This document shows positions 39,663-50,510 of a stretch of 50,510 bases of DNA, one piece after another. The number at the start of each line of letters is the position of its first letter. The first letter of the stretch is position 1. Under the pieces are notes generated by a model. It made no database searches and was not told where the DNA came from. It worked only from the letters and a program-made list of their open reading frames with translations. A program made the position numbers and the translations under genes. This DNA comes from Nemertoderma westbladi (lineage: Eukaryota > Animalia > Xenacoelomorpha), in the NCBI GenBank assembly GCA_032718475.1, contig JAUCBJ010001474.1:1-50510 (forward strand), in the 5' to 3' direction.

Positions 39663-40949
39663 TCGTATTTTAATCGGTTTTAGATCGATTTTTACTGCTT
39701 TTTTAGCCAGATCCTTTTATTCGGAATATTCAATAACTTTAATTCAATTGTTTTTATTCATTTGTTTGCCATTTTATATCATATCATTGAAGGACGTATT
39801 TTAATGTAGTCAAGCTAGTTTCAATACCAATACCAAACTGGAGGTCACCAGAGGTCACATAATGTCATAGCCGCCTTTTCAATTAATTTGTGCCCCTTTT
39901 TATTTATGTAGCCTTTTGAGATTCTTGTTCCCTTTTTATTTATTGTTGAGTTGGGTCACAAATATGATTATTACAGTAGGCATGTGGCTCGTGGTAGCGG
40001 TACCCACATCATTAGTTGCACTATAAACCGTGTCTATAGAGCAGAAACATCGAGATGGATCTCACATCAGGTAAACCTCCATTTAACGCGATAATCGAAT
40101 TATGAATAATACAAAGTGTTAAACTTTTTTTCACTACATTAATAGCACGCTCTATGTCGTGATTAATCTACTTTTTTCATTGTGAATTAATTGTAAATGT
40201 ATGTTGTAAATTTTATTGATCGTATTGTCGGCTAGTCCGAATTAAAGAGTATAATATAATATAATATTACAGTTTTTTTACCTATCAAACAGGTTAATTT
40301 TTTTAATACATGGTTTAAGAGGTTAAAATATCTAAAACGTTAATTATATTAGTATACGCTACGTGGCATTATTTTCCACCTTATATAGTAGTGGGGCGAG
40401 CCACGAATTTGGGGGAGCCTTAACGAACTGGCACTGATACGGGGTGTATCAATTCAATATTGGGAAATAGTTCTGTTGTTGTTTTCTCTACGATTTTGAC
40501 ATGCTAGTAACGGATCGGATCGGATTTAAAGTTGTTGAATTGCTAATTTGTAGGCATCAATAAGACCAAAGGTCTTTTGGTCTTTACGAGATTTTTTAGA
40601 GACTAGAGGGTTATCTAAAGATTAAATGTCCTCCCATTTTTTGCTTTTATTCGGTTCAAGCTGAATCTTAGCAGATAGAACATTAGCTTTGTCATTCAAA
40701 AGAGGCGAATACGTCTGCAGCTCTTTAGTCTACCGCTAGATGGCCAAATATGTCTGAAAGAGAAATCCTTGACCCATTCCGTTATTTATGATTCGTTCAA
40801 GCTGATACTTGTTAGTTAGATGTATGCACATCATGTGTTTTGGGGGGGTCGGTAATTGCTCTGCAGTTCTCCAGTCTGATGAAGAGGGTGACATTTATGA
40901 AAGTGATAACCTTTCCCATTTCATTGATTTTAAACTGAGGCTGATTCTT

Positions 40950-41239
40950 GGAATATGTGTGCCAGAGTCCGAGCCAGTGGAATATGTGTGCCAGAGTCCG
41001 AGCCAGAGGAATATGTGTGCCAGAGTCCGAGCCAGTGGAATATGTGTGCCAGAGTCCGAGCCAGTGGAATATGTGTGCCAGAGTCCGAGCCAGTGGAATA
41101 TGTGTGCCAGAGTCCGAGCCAGTGGAATATGTGTGCCAGAGTCCGAGCCAGAGGAATATGTGTGCCAGAGTCCGAGCCAGTGGAATATGTGTGCCAGAGT
41201 CCGAGCCAGAGGAATATGTGTGCCAGAGTCCGAGCCAGA
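40950..41239. repeat. Minisatellite, 10 copies of 29-bp GGAATATGTGTGCCAGAGTCCGAGCCAG[T/A]
   Basis: Directly counted; only the last base varies. It ends ~70 bp before the exon at 41309. Confidence 0.98.
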
Positions 41240-41308
41240 CCACATGTTGCGTCCAAAATTCCAAAATTTCATCCAAAATTTACCTTGCTATTTTTGTTTT
41301 TCCATTAG

Positions 41309-41434
41309 ATATTTGGGATAAACAATGCAGGACGTTACGTCATGACAATCAATGATGGTAATACCTGGGTGTCGGTATCTCAGACACAATGGGATGTAAA
41401 GAAACAGACAACTGACTTTGTAGACGTAACAAAG
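41309..41434 (+). CDS. Exon of the discoidin-domain gene with an Asp-box-like motif
   Basis: Strong polypyrimidine acceptor (tttttgtttttccattAG), AAG|GTATTA donor. Phase 0 to phase 0: IFGINNAGRYVMTINDGNTWVSVSQTQWDVKKQTTDFVDVTK. Confidence 0.85.
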
Positions 41435-44400
41435 GTATTATACAATGTAGTGTTAAACGTTACTATGCAACGTAGTGTTTAACGGTACTATACAAAGTAG
41501 TGTTTAAACGGTAATATACAAAGTAGTGTTTAAACGGTACTATACAAAGTAGTGTTTAAACGGTACTATACAAAGTAGTGTTTAAACGGTATTATACAAA
41601 GTAATGTTTAAACGGTACTATACAAAGTAGTGTTTAACGGTACTATACAAAGTAGTGTTTAACGGTACTATACAAAGTAGTGTTTAAACGGTACTATACA
41701 AAGTAGTGTTTAAACGGTACTATAAAAAGTAGTGTTTAAACGGTACTATACAAAGTAGTGTTTAAACGGTACTATACAAAGTAGTGTTTAAACGGTACTA
41801 TACAAATTAGTGTTTAAACGGTACTATACAAAGTAGTGTTTAAACGGTACTATACAAAGTAGTGTTTAAACGGTACTATACAAAGTAGTGTTTAAACGGT
41901 ACTATACAAAGTAGTGTTTAAACGGTACTATAAAAAGTAGTGTTTAAACGGTACTATACAAAGTAGTGTTTAAACGGTACTATACAAAGTAGTGTTTAAA
42001 CGGTACTATACAAAGTAGTGTTTAAACGGTACTATACAAAGTAGTGTTTAAACGGTACTATAAAAAGTAGTGTTTAACGGTACTATACAAAGTAGTGTTT
42101 AAACGGTACTATACAAAGTAGTGTTTAAACGGTACTATACAAAGTAGTGTTTAAACGGTACTATACAAAGTAGTGTTTAAACGGTATTATTCAAAGTAGT
42201 GTTTAAACGGTACTACACAAAGTAGTGTTTAAACGGTACTATACATTGCAGTGTTTAACGGTACTATACAAAGTAGTGTTTAACGGTACTATACAAAGTA
42301 GTGTTTAAACGGTACTATACAAACTAGGTTTCAGGGTACTATACAAAGTAGTGTTTAACGGTACTATACAAAGTAGTGTTTAACGGTACTATACAAAGTA
42401 GTGTTTAACGGTACTATACAAAGTAGTGTTTAACGGTACTATACAAAGTAGTGTTTAAACGGTACTATACAAAGTAGTGTTTAAACGGTACTATACAAAG
42501 TAGTGTTTAACGGTAGTATACAAAGTAGTGTTTAACGGTACTATACAAAGTAGTGTTTAACGGTACTATACAAAGTAGTGTTTAAACGGTACTATACAAA
42601 GTAGTGTTTAAACGGTACTATACAAAGTAGTGTTTAACGGTACTATACAAAGTAGTGTTTAACGTTACTATACAAAGTAGTGTTTAAACGGTACTATACA
42701 AAGTAGTGTTTAAACGGTACTATACAAAGTAGTGTTTAAACGGTATTATTCAAAGTAGTGTTTAAACGGTACTACACAAAGTAGTGTTTAACGGTACTAT
42801 ACAAAGTAGTGTTTAACGGTACTATACAAAGTAGTGTTTAACGGTACTATACAAAGTAGTGTTTAACGGTACTATACAAAGTAGTGTTTAAACGGTACTA
42901 TACAAAGTAGTGTTTAAACGGTACTATACAAAGTAGTGTTTAACGGTACTATACAAAGTAGTGTTTAACGGTACTATACAAAGTAGTGTTTAACGGTACT
43001 ATACAAAGTAGTGTTTAAACGGTACTATACAAACTAGGTTTTAGGGTACTATACAAAGTAGTGTTTAACGGTACTATACAAAGTAGTGTTTAAACGGTAC
43101 TATACAAAGTAGTGTTTAAACGGTACTATACAAAGTAGTGTTTAACGGTACTATACAAAGTAGTGTTTAACGGTACTATACAAAGTAGTGTTTAACGGTA
43201 CTATACAAAGTAGTGTTTAAACGGTACTATACAAAGTAGTGTTTAAACGGTACTATACAAAGTAGTGTTTAAACGGTACTATACAAAGTAGTGTTTAACG
43301 GTACTATACAAAGTAGTGTTTAACGGTACTATACAAAGTAGTGTTTAAACGGTACTATACAAAGTAGTGTTTAAACGGTACTATACAAAGTAGTGTTTAA
43401 ACGGTATTATTCAAAGTAGTGTTTAAACGGTACTACACAAAGTAGTGTTTAACGGTACTATACAAAGTAGTGTTTAACGGTACTATACAAAGTAGTGTTT
43501 AAACGGTACTATACAAACTAGGTTTCAGGGTACTATACAAAGTAGTGTTTAACGGTACTATACAAAGTAGTGTTTAACGGTACTATACAAAGTAGTGTTT
43601 AACGGTACTATACAAAGTAGTGTTTAACGGTACTATACAAAGTAGTGTTTAAACGGTACTATACAAAGTAGTGTTTAAACGGTACTATACAAAGTAGTGT
43701 TTAACGGTACTATACAAAGTAGTGTTTAACGGTACTATACAAAGTAGTGTTTAACGGTACTATACAAAGTAGTGTTTAAACGGTACTATACAAAGTAGTG
43801 TTTAAACGGTACTATACAAAGTAGTGTTTAACGGTACTATACAAAGTAGTGTTTAACGGTACTATACAAAGTAGTGTTTAAACGGTACTATACAAAGTAG
43901 TGTTTAAACGGTACTATTCAAAGTAGTGTTTAAACGGTACTATACAAAGTAGTGTTTAACGGTACTATACAAAGTAGTGTTTAACGGTACTATACAAAGT
44001 AGTGTTTAACGGTACTATACAAAGTAGTGTTTAACGGTACTATACAAAGTAGTGTTTAAACGGTACTATACAAAGTAGTGTTTAAACGGTACTATACAAA
44101 GTAGTGTTTAACGGTACTATACAAAGTAGTGTTTAAACGGTACTATACAAAGTAGTGTTTAACGGTACTATACAAAGTAGTGTTTAACGGTACTATACAA
44201 AGTAGTGTTTAAACGGTACTATACAAAGTAGTGTTTAACGGTACTATACAAAGTAGTGTTTAACGGTACTATACAAAGTAGTGTTTAACGGTACTATACA
44301 AAGTAGTGTTTAACGGTACTATACAAAGTAGTGTTTAACGGTACTATACAAAGTAGTGTTTAACGGTACTATACAAAGTAGTGTTTAAACGGTACTATAC

Positions 44401-44671
44401 AAAGTAGTGTTTAACGGTACTATACAAAGTAGTGTTTAAACGTTACTATACAAAGTAGTGTTTAAACGGTACTATACAAAGTAGTGTTTAACGGTACTAT
44501 ACAAAGTAGTGTTTAAACGGTACTATACAAAGTAGTGTTTAACGGTACTATACAAAGTAGTGTTTAACGGTACTATACAAAGTAGTGTTTAAACGGTACT
44601 ATACAAAGTAGTGTTTAACGGTACTATACAAAGTAGTGTTTAAACGGTACTATTCAAAGTAGTGTTTAAAC
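41435..44671. repeat. Satellite, 25/26-bp unit GGTACTATACAAAGTAGTGTTTAA(A)C, ~125 copies
   Basis: Directly visible; the first two copies are diverged and begin at the splice donor. Confidence 0.99.
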
Positions 44672-45055
44672 ATGATCCGGATTGCAACTCTCGGGATCCC
44701 AATTTTCTTGATCGGGATTTCATATTTTAATACAAATTCCTTAAAGTTTTCAATATATGTGAGCAGGGATGGCATAAAGAAACGAAACGAAAGAAATTTC
44801 GACTTTTGTTTCGAGAGACTAATAGATTTCATGGAAAAATAATAATTTATGCTTTATTGTATATCTATCAAGTTTAACTATAAATTAATCATTGAATTGA
44901 TCGTAATCCATTTCATATTCTTTAACGTTTGTGTTAATTACGAGTTAAAAAACTTTGAACTGATGAAAGACAATAATTTATAACTATTATCATATTAAAT
45001 GTAATAGACCCATAGTTATTCAACCAACGGATATGTAATATATATAACAATTTAG

Positions 45056-45161
45056 ATGCCCTTCAATTTGCCAAGGGGGGAGCCGCTAGAAGGATCAGTT
45101 AAACAACGGTTACAGCAGTGGGCCGATCCCAATGGACTGAATCCTCCAACCAGATTTACAG
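45056..45161 (+). CDS. Exon of the discoidin-domain gene (last one visible)
   Basis: tttAG acceptor, consensus CAG|GTGAGT donor. Phase 0 to phase 1: MPFNLPRGEPLEGSVKQRLQQWADPNGLNPPTRFT. Confidence 0.8.
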
Positions 45162-45167
45162 GTGAGT

Positions 45168-47474
45168 TAACCAGGTTCAGGTAAACCACCTACCATGTTC
45201 AGTTGAACCACCTACCAGGTTCAGTTGAACCACCAACTAGGTTCAGTTGAACCACCAACTAGGTTCAGTTGAACCACCAACTAGTTTCAGTTGAACCACC
45301 AACCAGGTTCAGTTTAACCACCAACCAGGTTCAGTAGAACCACCAACTATGTTCAGTTGAACCACCAACCAGGTTCAGTTGAACCACTAACTAGGTTCAG
45401 TTGAACCACCAACCAGGTTCAGTTGAACCACCAACCAGGTTCAGTTGAACCACCAACTAGGTTCAGTTGAACCACCAACCAGGTTCAGTTTAACCACCAA
45501 CCAGGTTCAGTAGAACCACCAACTAGGTTCAGTTGAACCACCAACCAGGTTCAGTTGAACCACCAACTAGGTTCAGTTGAACCACCAACCAGGTTCAGTT
45601 TAACCACCAACTAGGTTCAGTTGAACCACCAACTAGGTTCAGTTGAACCACCAACTAGGTTCAGTTGAACCACCAACTAGGTTCAGTTGAACCACCAACA
45701 AGGTTCAGTTGAACCAACAACTAGGTTCAGTTGAACCACCAACCAGGTTCAGATTAACCACCAACCAGGTTCAGTAGAACCACCAACTAGGTTCAGTTGA
45801 ACCACCAACTAGGTTCAGTTGAACCACCAACCAGGTTCAGTTTAACCACCAACCAGGTTCAGTAGAACCACCAACCAGGTTCAGTTTAACCACCAACCAG
45901 GTTCAGTAGAACCACCAACTAGGTTCAGTTGAACCACCAACCAGGTTCAGTTTAACCACCAACTAGGTTCAGTTGAACCACCAAACAAGTTCAATTGAAC
46001 CACCAACTAGGTTCAGTTGAACCACCAACTAGGTTCAGTTGAACCACCAACCAGGTTCAGTTTAACCACCAACCAGGTTCAGTAGAACCACCAACTAGGT
46101 TCAGTTGAACCACCAACCAGGTTCAGTTGAACCACCAACCAGGTTCAGTTTAACCACCAACCAGGTTCAGTTTAAACACCAACCAGGTTCAGTTGAACCA
46201 CCAACTAGGTTCAGTTGAACCACCAACTAGGTTCAGTAGAACCGCCAACTAGGTTCAGTTGAACCACCAACTAGGTTCAGTTGAACCACCAACTAGGTTC
46301 AGTTTAACCACCAAACAGGTTCAGTTGAACCACCAACCAGGTTCAGTTGAACCACCAAACAGGTTCAATTGAACCACCAACTAGGTTCAGTTGAACCACC
46401 AACTAGTTTCAGTTGAACCACCAACCAGGTTCAGTTTAACCACCAACCAGGTTCAGTAGAACCACCAACTAGGTTCAGTTTAACCACCAACCAGGTTCAG
46501 TAGAACCACCAACTAGGTTCAGTTGAACCACCAACCAGGTTCAGTTTAACCACCAACCAGGTTCAGTAGAACCACCAACTAGGTTCAGTTGAACCACCAA
46601 CCAGGTTCAGTAGAACCACCAACCAGGTTCAGTTTAACCACCAACCAGGTTCAGTAGAACCACCAACTAGGTTCAGTTGAACCACCAACCAGGTTCAGTT
46701 TAACCACCAACCAGGTTCAGTTGAACCACCAACCAGGTTCAGTTTAACCACCAACCAGGTTCAGTAGAACCACCAACTAGGTTCAGTTTAACCACCAACC
46801 AGGTTCAGTAGAACCACCAACTAGGTTCAGTTGAACCACCAACCAGGTTCAGTTTAACCACCAACCAGGTTCAGTAGAACCACCAACCAGGTTCAGTTGA
46901 ACCACCAACTAGGTTCAGTTGAACCACCAAACAGGTTCAATTGAACCACCAACTAGGTTCAGTTGAACCACCAACTAGGTTCAGTTGAACCACCAACCAG
47001 GTTCAGTTTAACCACCAACCAGGTTCAGTAGAATCACCAACTAGGTTCAGTTTAACCACCAACCAGGTTCAGTAGAACCACCAACTAGGTTCAGTTGAAC
47101 CACCAACCAGGTTCAGTTTAACCACCAACCAGGTTCAGTTGAACCACCAACTAGGTTCAGTTGAACCGCCAAACAGGTTCAATTGAACCACCAACTAGGT
47201 TCAGTTGAACCACCAACTAGGTTCAGTTGAACCACCAACCAGGTTCAGTTTAACCACCAACCAGGTTCAGTAGAACCACCAACTAGGTTCAGTTGAACCA
47301 CCAACCAGGTTCAGTTGAACCACCAACCAGGTTCAGTAGAACCACCAACTAGGTTCAGTTGAACCACCAACCAGGTTCAGTTGAACCACCAACCAGGTTC
47401 AGTTTAACCACCAACTAGGTTCAGTAGAACCACCAACTAGGTTCAGTTGAACCACCAACTAGGTTCAGTTTAAC
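45168..47474. repeat. Satellite, 22-bp unit AACYAGGTTCAGTTGAACCACC, ~105 copies
   Basis: Directly visible; variants CAGTTTAAC, CAGTAGAAC and CAATTGAAC. Confidence 0.99.
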
Positions 47475-47564
47475 TTTAACTTTAACTTTAATTATTATTT
47501 CTTTCATAACATTACATTATTGCACGAACAATTAATTATTGGTTGTATATAATATTGAATGCAA

Positions 47565-47606
47565 GTACAGTTGGGCAATAGCAGAGCTAGTATAGCCCAA
47601 CTGTAC
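47565..47606 (-). other. 3' UTR stem-loop of the LINE
   Basis: Perfect 12-bp arms GTACAGTTGGGC / GCCCAACTGTAC with an inner TAGC-TCT-GCTA hairpin, ~75 nt from the tail. Confidence 0.75.
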
Positions 47607-47904
47607 ACACTATGTAATGCTATGGGGGCGGGGGGTGGGGGTTGGGGGGGGGGGGGGGGTCTTTCTTTACTTACTTACTCGTGATTCGATAGGATGTTAG
47701 ATAGGATTTTAATAAGTAAATATTATTAATTACTTAGATCGTGGGACTCATGTCTATACCGTTCATATATAGATTGCCGCTATGCGCGATACGTAAGCTG
47801 TAGTTAATATGGTTAATATATTCACTGTATTAATTAAAGTGAGGATTCATTGTTACAATTTGTTAAATAAAAATAATAAAGTCAAAAGTAAATAGTAAAT
47901 TTTA

Positions 47905-50510
47905 TTAAAGCGACTCCAGTAAGTATGTTTTTAGTTTTTTTACAAATGAATTTTTTGAAGTTGAGTTTTTAATTTGCGTTGGTAATTTATTCCAGACATC
48001 AGGACCTTGAAAACTCATGGATCGCTGTGAAGAGTCTAGTCGTACAGTATCTATGTAATAGTCACCGCGAGCCGCTGAGCGTGTATTATATTTATGTATA
48101 GTTGAGGATTTCCTAAATAAGTTCTATAGTGTTTGATTTGTTGTTATATTATTATTAATCTTGAACATAAAGATGCCTACTTGGAGTTTATATAGCAAGT
48201 CTAAAGGGAGAATAGATAGGGATTTATAGATAGGTTGAGCTGTAGATCTATAGCGGTTGAAGGTAATACACCTAACTATTTTATTAATTTTTGTCCGTAA
48301 GGGATTTAGTGTAGTAGAATGCGCACTACCCCATAGTATAATGCCGTAATTGAGATAGGGATGAATTAGAGTGAAATATAGTTGCCTATTGATGTGTAAT
48401 GGGAATATATGACGTAATTTATAAAATATACCGGCAGTTTTGGATATTTTATATAGTATATATTTTATGTGTATTTGCCAGTTTAATTTATTGTCTACGT
48501 AGATTCCTAAGAATTTAGTACTATTTGTGAGTGTTATATTTTGGTTATTAATTTTTAATCTGTTAATATCCTGGGAATTTTTTAATATGTTGGAAAATAC
48601 AGTGGTTTCAGTTTTTTTTAGATTTAGTGATAGACGATTTTCAATCAGCCAATCAGCAACGTTATTTAATTCAGAATTAATATTATTAATTAGATGAGTT
48701 ATATTGTTGCCGGATTGGAAGAGTGTCGTATCATCGGCGAATAAAGTGGATAGAAGGGTAGTGGCATTAGGTAGATCATTAATATAAAGGAGGAAAAGTA
48801 AAGGAGAGAGTACTCCTCCTTGTGGTAGCCCACAGAGGAGAGGGAGTAGAGAGGAGCAGCGAGAGTCTATGGATACGTACTGTAGTCGGGATGATAGAAA
48901 GCTAGCAATTAGTTTTAGAGGGAGCCCGCGTACACCATAGCATTCTAGTTTATTTAGTAGGATTTTATGGTTGATTGTATCAAAGGCCTTTTTCAGATCA
49001 ATGTAAATAGCGCAGGTTGATTGTTTCTGGTCTAGTGCTTTATGAATTTTTTCAATGACTGAGAGGAGAGCATGCGACGTTGATGTTTTAGGGCGAAAAC
49101 CATATTGAGAGTTTGACAGGATGAAGTATTTGGAGATGTAGGATTGTAGTTGCGAATTTATTATCTGTTCAAATGTTTTACTTCAAATCGGTAGGAGTGA
49201 AATTGGACGATAATTGTTTGGGTCCGTTGGATCTTCGGTTTTAAAGGACGGAATAATTTTAGCTATTTGCAGTGATTTGGGGAAGAATCCTTGGGTTATA
49301 GAGAGATTTATAAGGCTACTTAGACGGATAGATATAGGTTTAGCTGCGAGTAGAAGGAGTTTTGTTGAGAAAGTATCGTTGGTTGCAGATTTAGGATTAA
49401 TATGTAAGAGTAAATACTCTACTTCTACAGGCGTAGTTTCTGTTAGAGAGAATGAATTAGGTCTTCGATTAGAGTGGGGGATGTGGCGTAGCGGGGAACG
49501 ATTAGAGGTCGGTATTGTATTATTTAATTTAGTCCCAATATTAGCAAAGTGTTCGTTTAGGATGTTAGCGATTTTAGTAGGATCTCGAGTGGTTTCTATT
49601 TTATCATCGGTGCGTGTAGTTATTTGTTTAGGTATTGTTAATTTTTTAGATTTATTAAGTGCTGAATTTATTATTAGCCAAGTTTTTCGTAAATTTTTGG
49701 AGTTCATTTCAAGTTGTTTAGCGTAGTATTGTTTCTCAGCGGCTCTTAGTGTAGAAGTGAGTTTGTTTCTGTAAGTAGTAAATGTGTTATAGTTAGTATT
49801 AGTTGGATGTTTAATATAGTACCTGTAAAGTTTATTTTTATTTAGCGTACTGGTTAGTAGTGCGTCTGTCATCCAGGGCTTATTAGGAATTTTGCGTGGG
49901 GGGACTACTATTTTGGGTACATGCCTATTAAATATATTTTCTAAGTCATTATAAAATACGTCAAATTTTTCCTTTTTGGGGGTTGTGGGTGAAATGTAGC
50001 TCCAAGAAGATGGCGATTCAATATCACGTAGAAAGTTTTGGCAGTTAAATTTTGAATAGTCAAACTTTGTGTAATTTTTCTGGGAATTAAAATAGCATTT
50101 GTAGTTTTGAAGCATAGTAAAGGTCGATTGGTGGTCAGAAGATCCAATTTTTGTATTAAATGTTCCTGATGTTGTAGCTGAAGTAGTTATATTTGTTATA
50201 ATGTGGTCGATACAGGATTTACTCCAGGGAGTTACTCGGGTAGGATCGTGTATTAGTTGAATGAAACCGTAGGTGTTTAGGATGTTTATGTATTCAGTAG
50301 GTTTGTCTTTAGAAGTTGGTAGTAGGTCGATGTTAGTGTCACCAGTAATAATTACGTCGCATCTGGTGTTAGCTAGAGTAGAAAGAGTCGAGTCAAGAAG
50401 AGTGAAAAAATCGTCGCGTTTCATAGTTTCCGGTCGGTATAGAGTTCCTACAAGTAAAGGTTTGGATTTGGGGCGTTTAATTTCTATCCATGAGTTTTCA
50501 AGGTCCTTCA
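47905..50510 (-). pseudogene. ORF2 (APE-RT) of the CR1/L2-group LINE
   Basis: Track ORF 49183-50424 continues in frame past the TGA at 49183 through the RT motifs; further disruptions appear around 48150-48270. Confidence 0.9.

Larger units (their letters stand above)
33900..40268 (+). mobile_element. Near full-length, decayed two-ORF APE-RT LINE (RTEX/Proto2-like)
   Basis: 5' UTR, ORF1, ORF2 (APE then RT), and a ~600-bp 3' UTR ending ATTAAA-gag-(TATAA)n at ~40241-40267. The clade call is by motif recall only; the 5' boundary is approximate and no TSD was resolved. Confidence 0.85.
47469..50510 (-). mobile_element. CR1/L2-group (L2/Crack-like) LINE, decayed, running to the window edge
   Basis: Minus strand: APE (LVGTLYRP, GDTNID, PTRVT, IDHI, SDH), RT (YRPISLLP, QYGFR, DLKKAFDT, PQG, FADDT), C-terminus GPDVWNKLP...YLLESL* ending at 47905, then a 3' UTR and (GTTAAA)n tail. 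Confidence 0.93.

Noticed and set aside
40562-40606. Helitron 3' end (AAGACCAAA/TTTGGTCTT hairpin then CTAG)
   Set aside because: The stem is AT-rich, CTAG is not followed by T, and no 5' end was found.
40809-41355. Six overlapping ORFs, and an exon at ~40820-40940
   Set aside because: The ORFs arise from the stop-free 29-bp repeat. The exon would need a frameshift and lacks a good donor, whereas 41309-41434 fits.

Overview
Eukaryotic (probably invertebrate animal) genomic DNA, not prokaryotic. The window lies inside one + strand host gene that the ORF track largely misses. Six phase-consistent GT-AG exons (554-744, 1215-1413, 30477-30582, 31112-31232, 41309-41434, 45056-45161; 849 nt, plus a possible exon at 165-204) encode an F5/8 type C (discoidin) domain followed by a region with an Asp-box-like DGNTW motif. 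The introns hold a ~28 kb 16-bp satellite with nested higher-order duplications, 25/26-bp, 22-bp, 29-bp and ~36-bp tandem arrays, and several decayed LINEs. These are an RT fragment, an RTE nested in an older RTE with a 22-bp TSD, a near full-length RTEX/Proto2-like element whose ORF1 carries a Ulp1/C48 protease-like domain, and a minus-strand CR1/L2-group element. The most notable signals are: (1) the large satellites resemble, and two start at, the exon-end/5' splice donor of their own intron; (2) the Ulp1-like protease in ORF1 of an APE-type LINE; (3) a perfect 22-bp long-range inverted repeat inside the coding region of the CR1/L2-like LINE. All calls were made by eye; no alignments or database searches were run.
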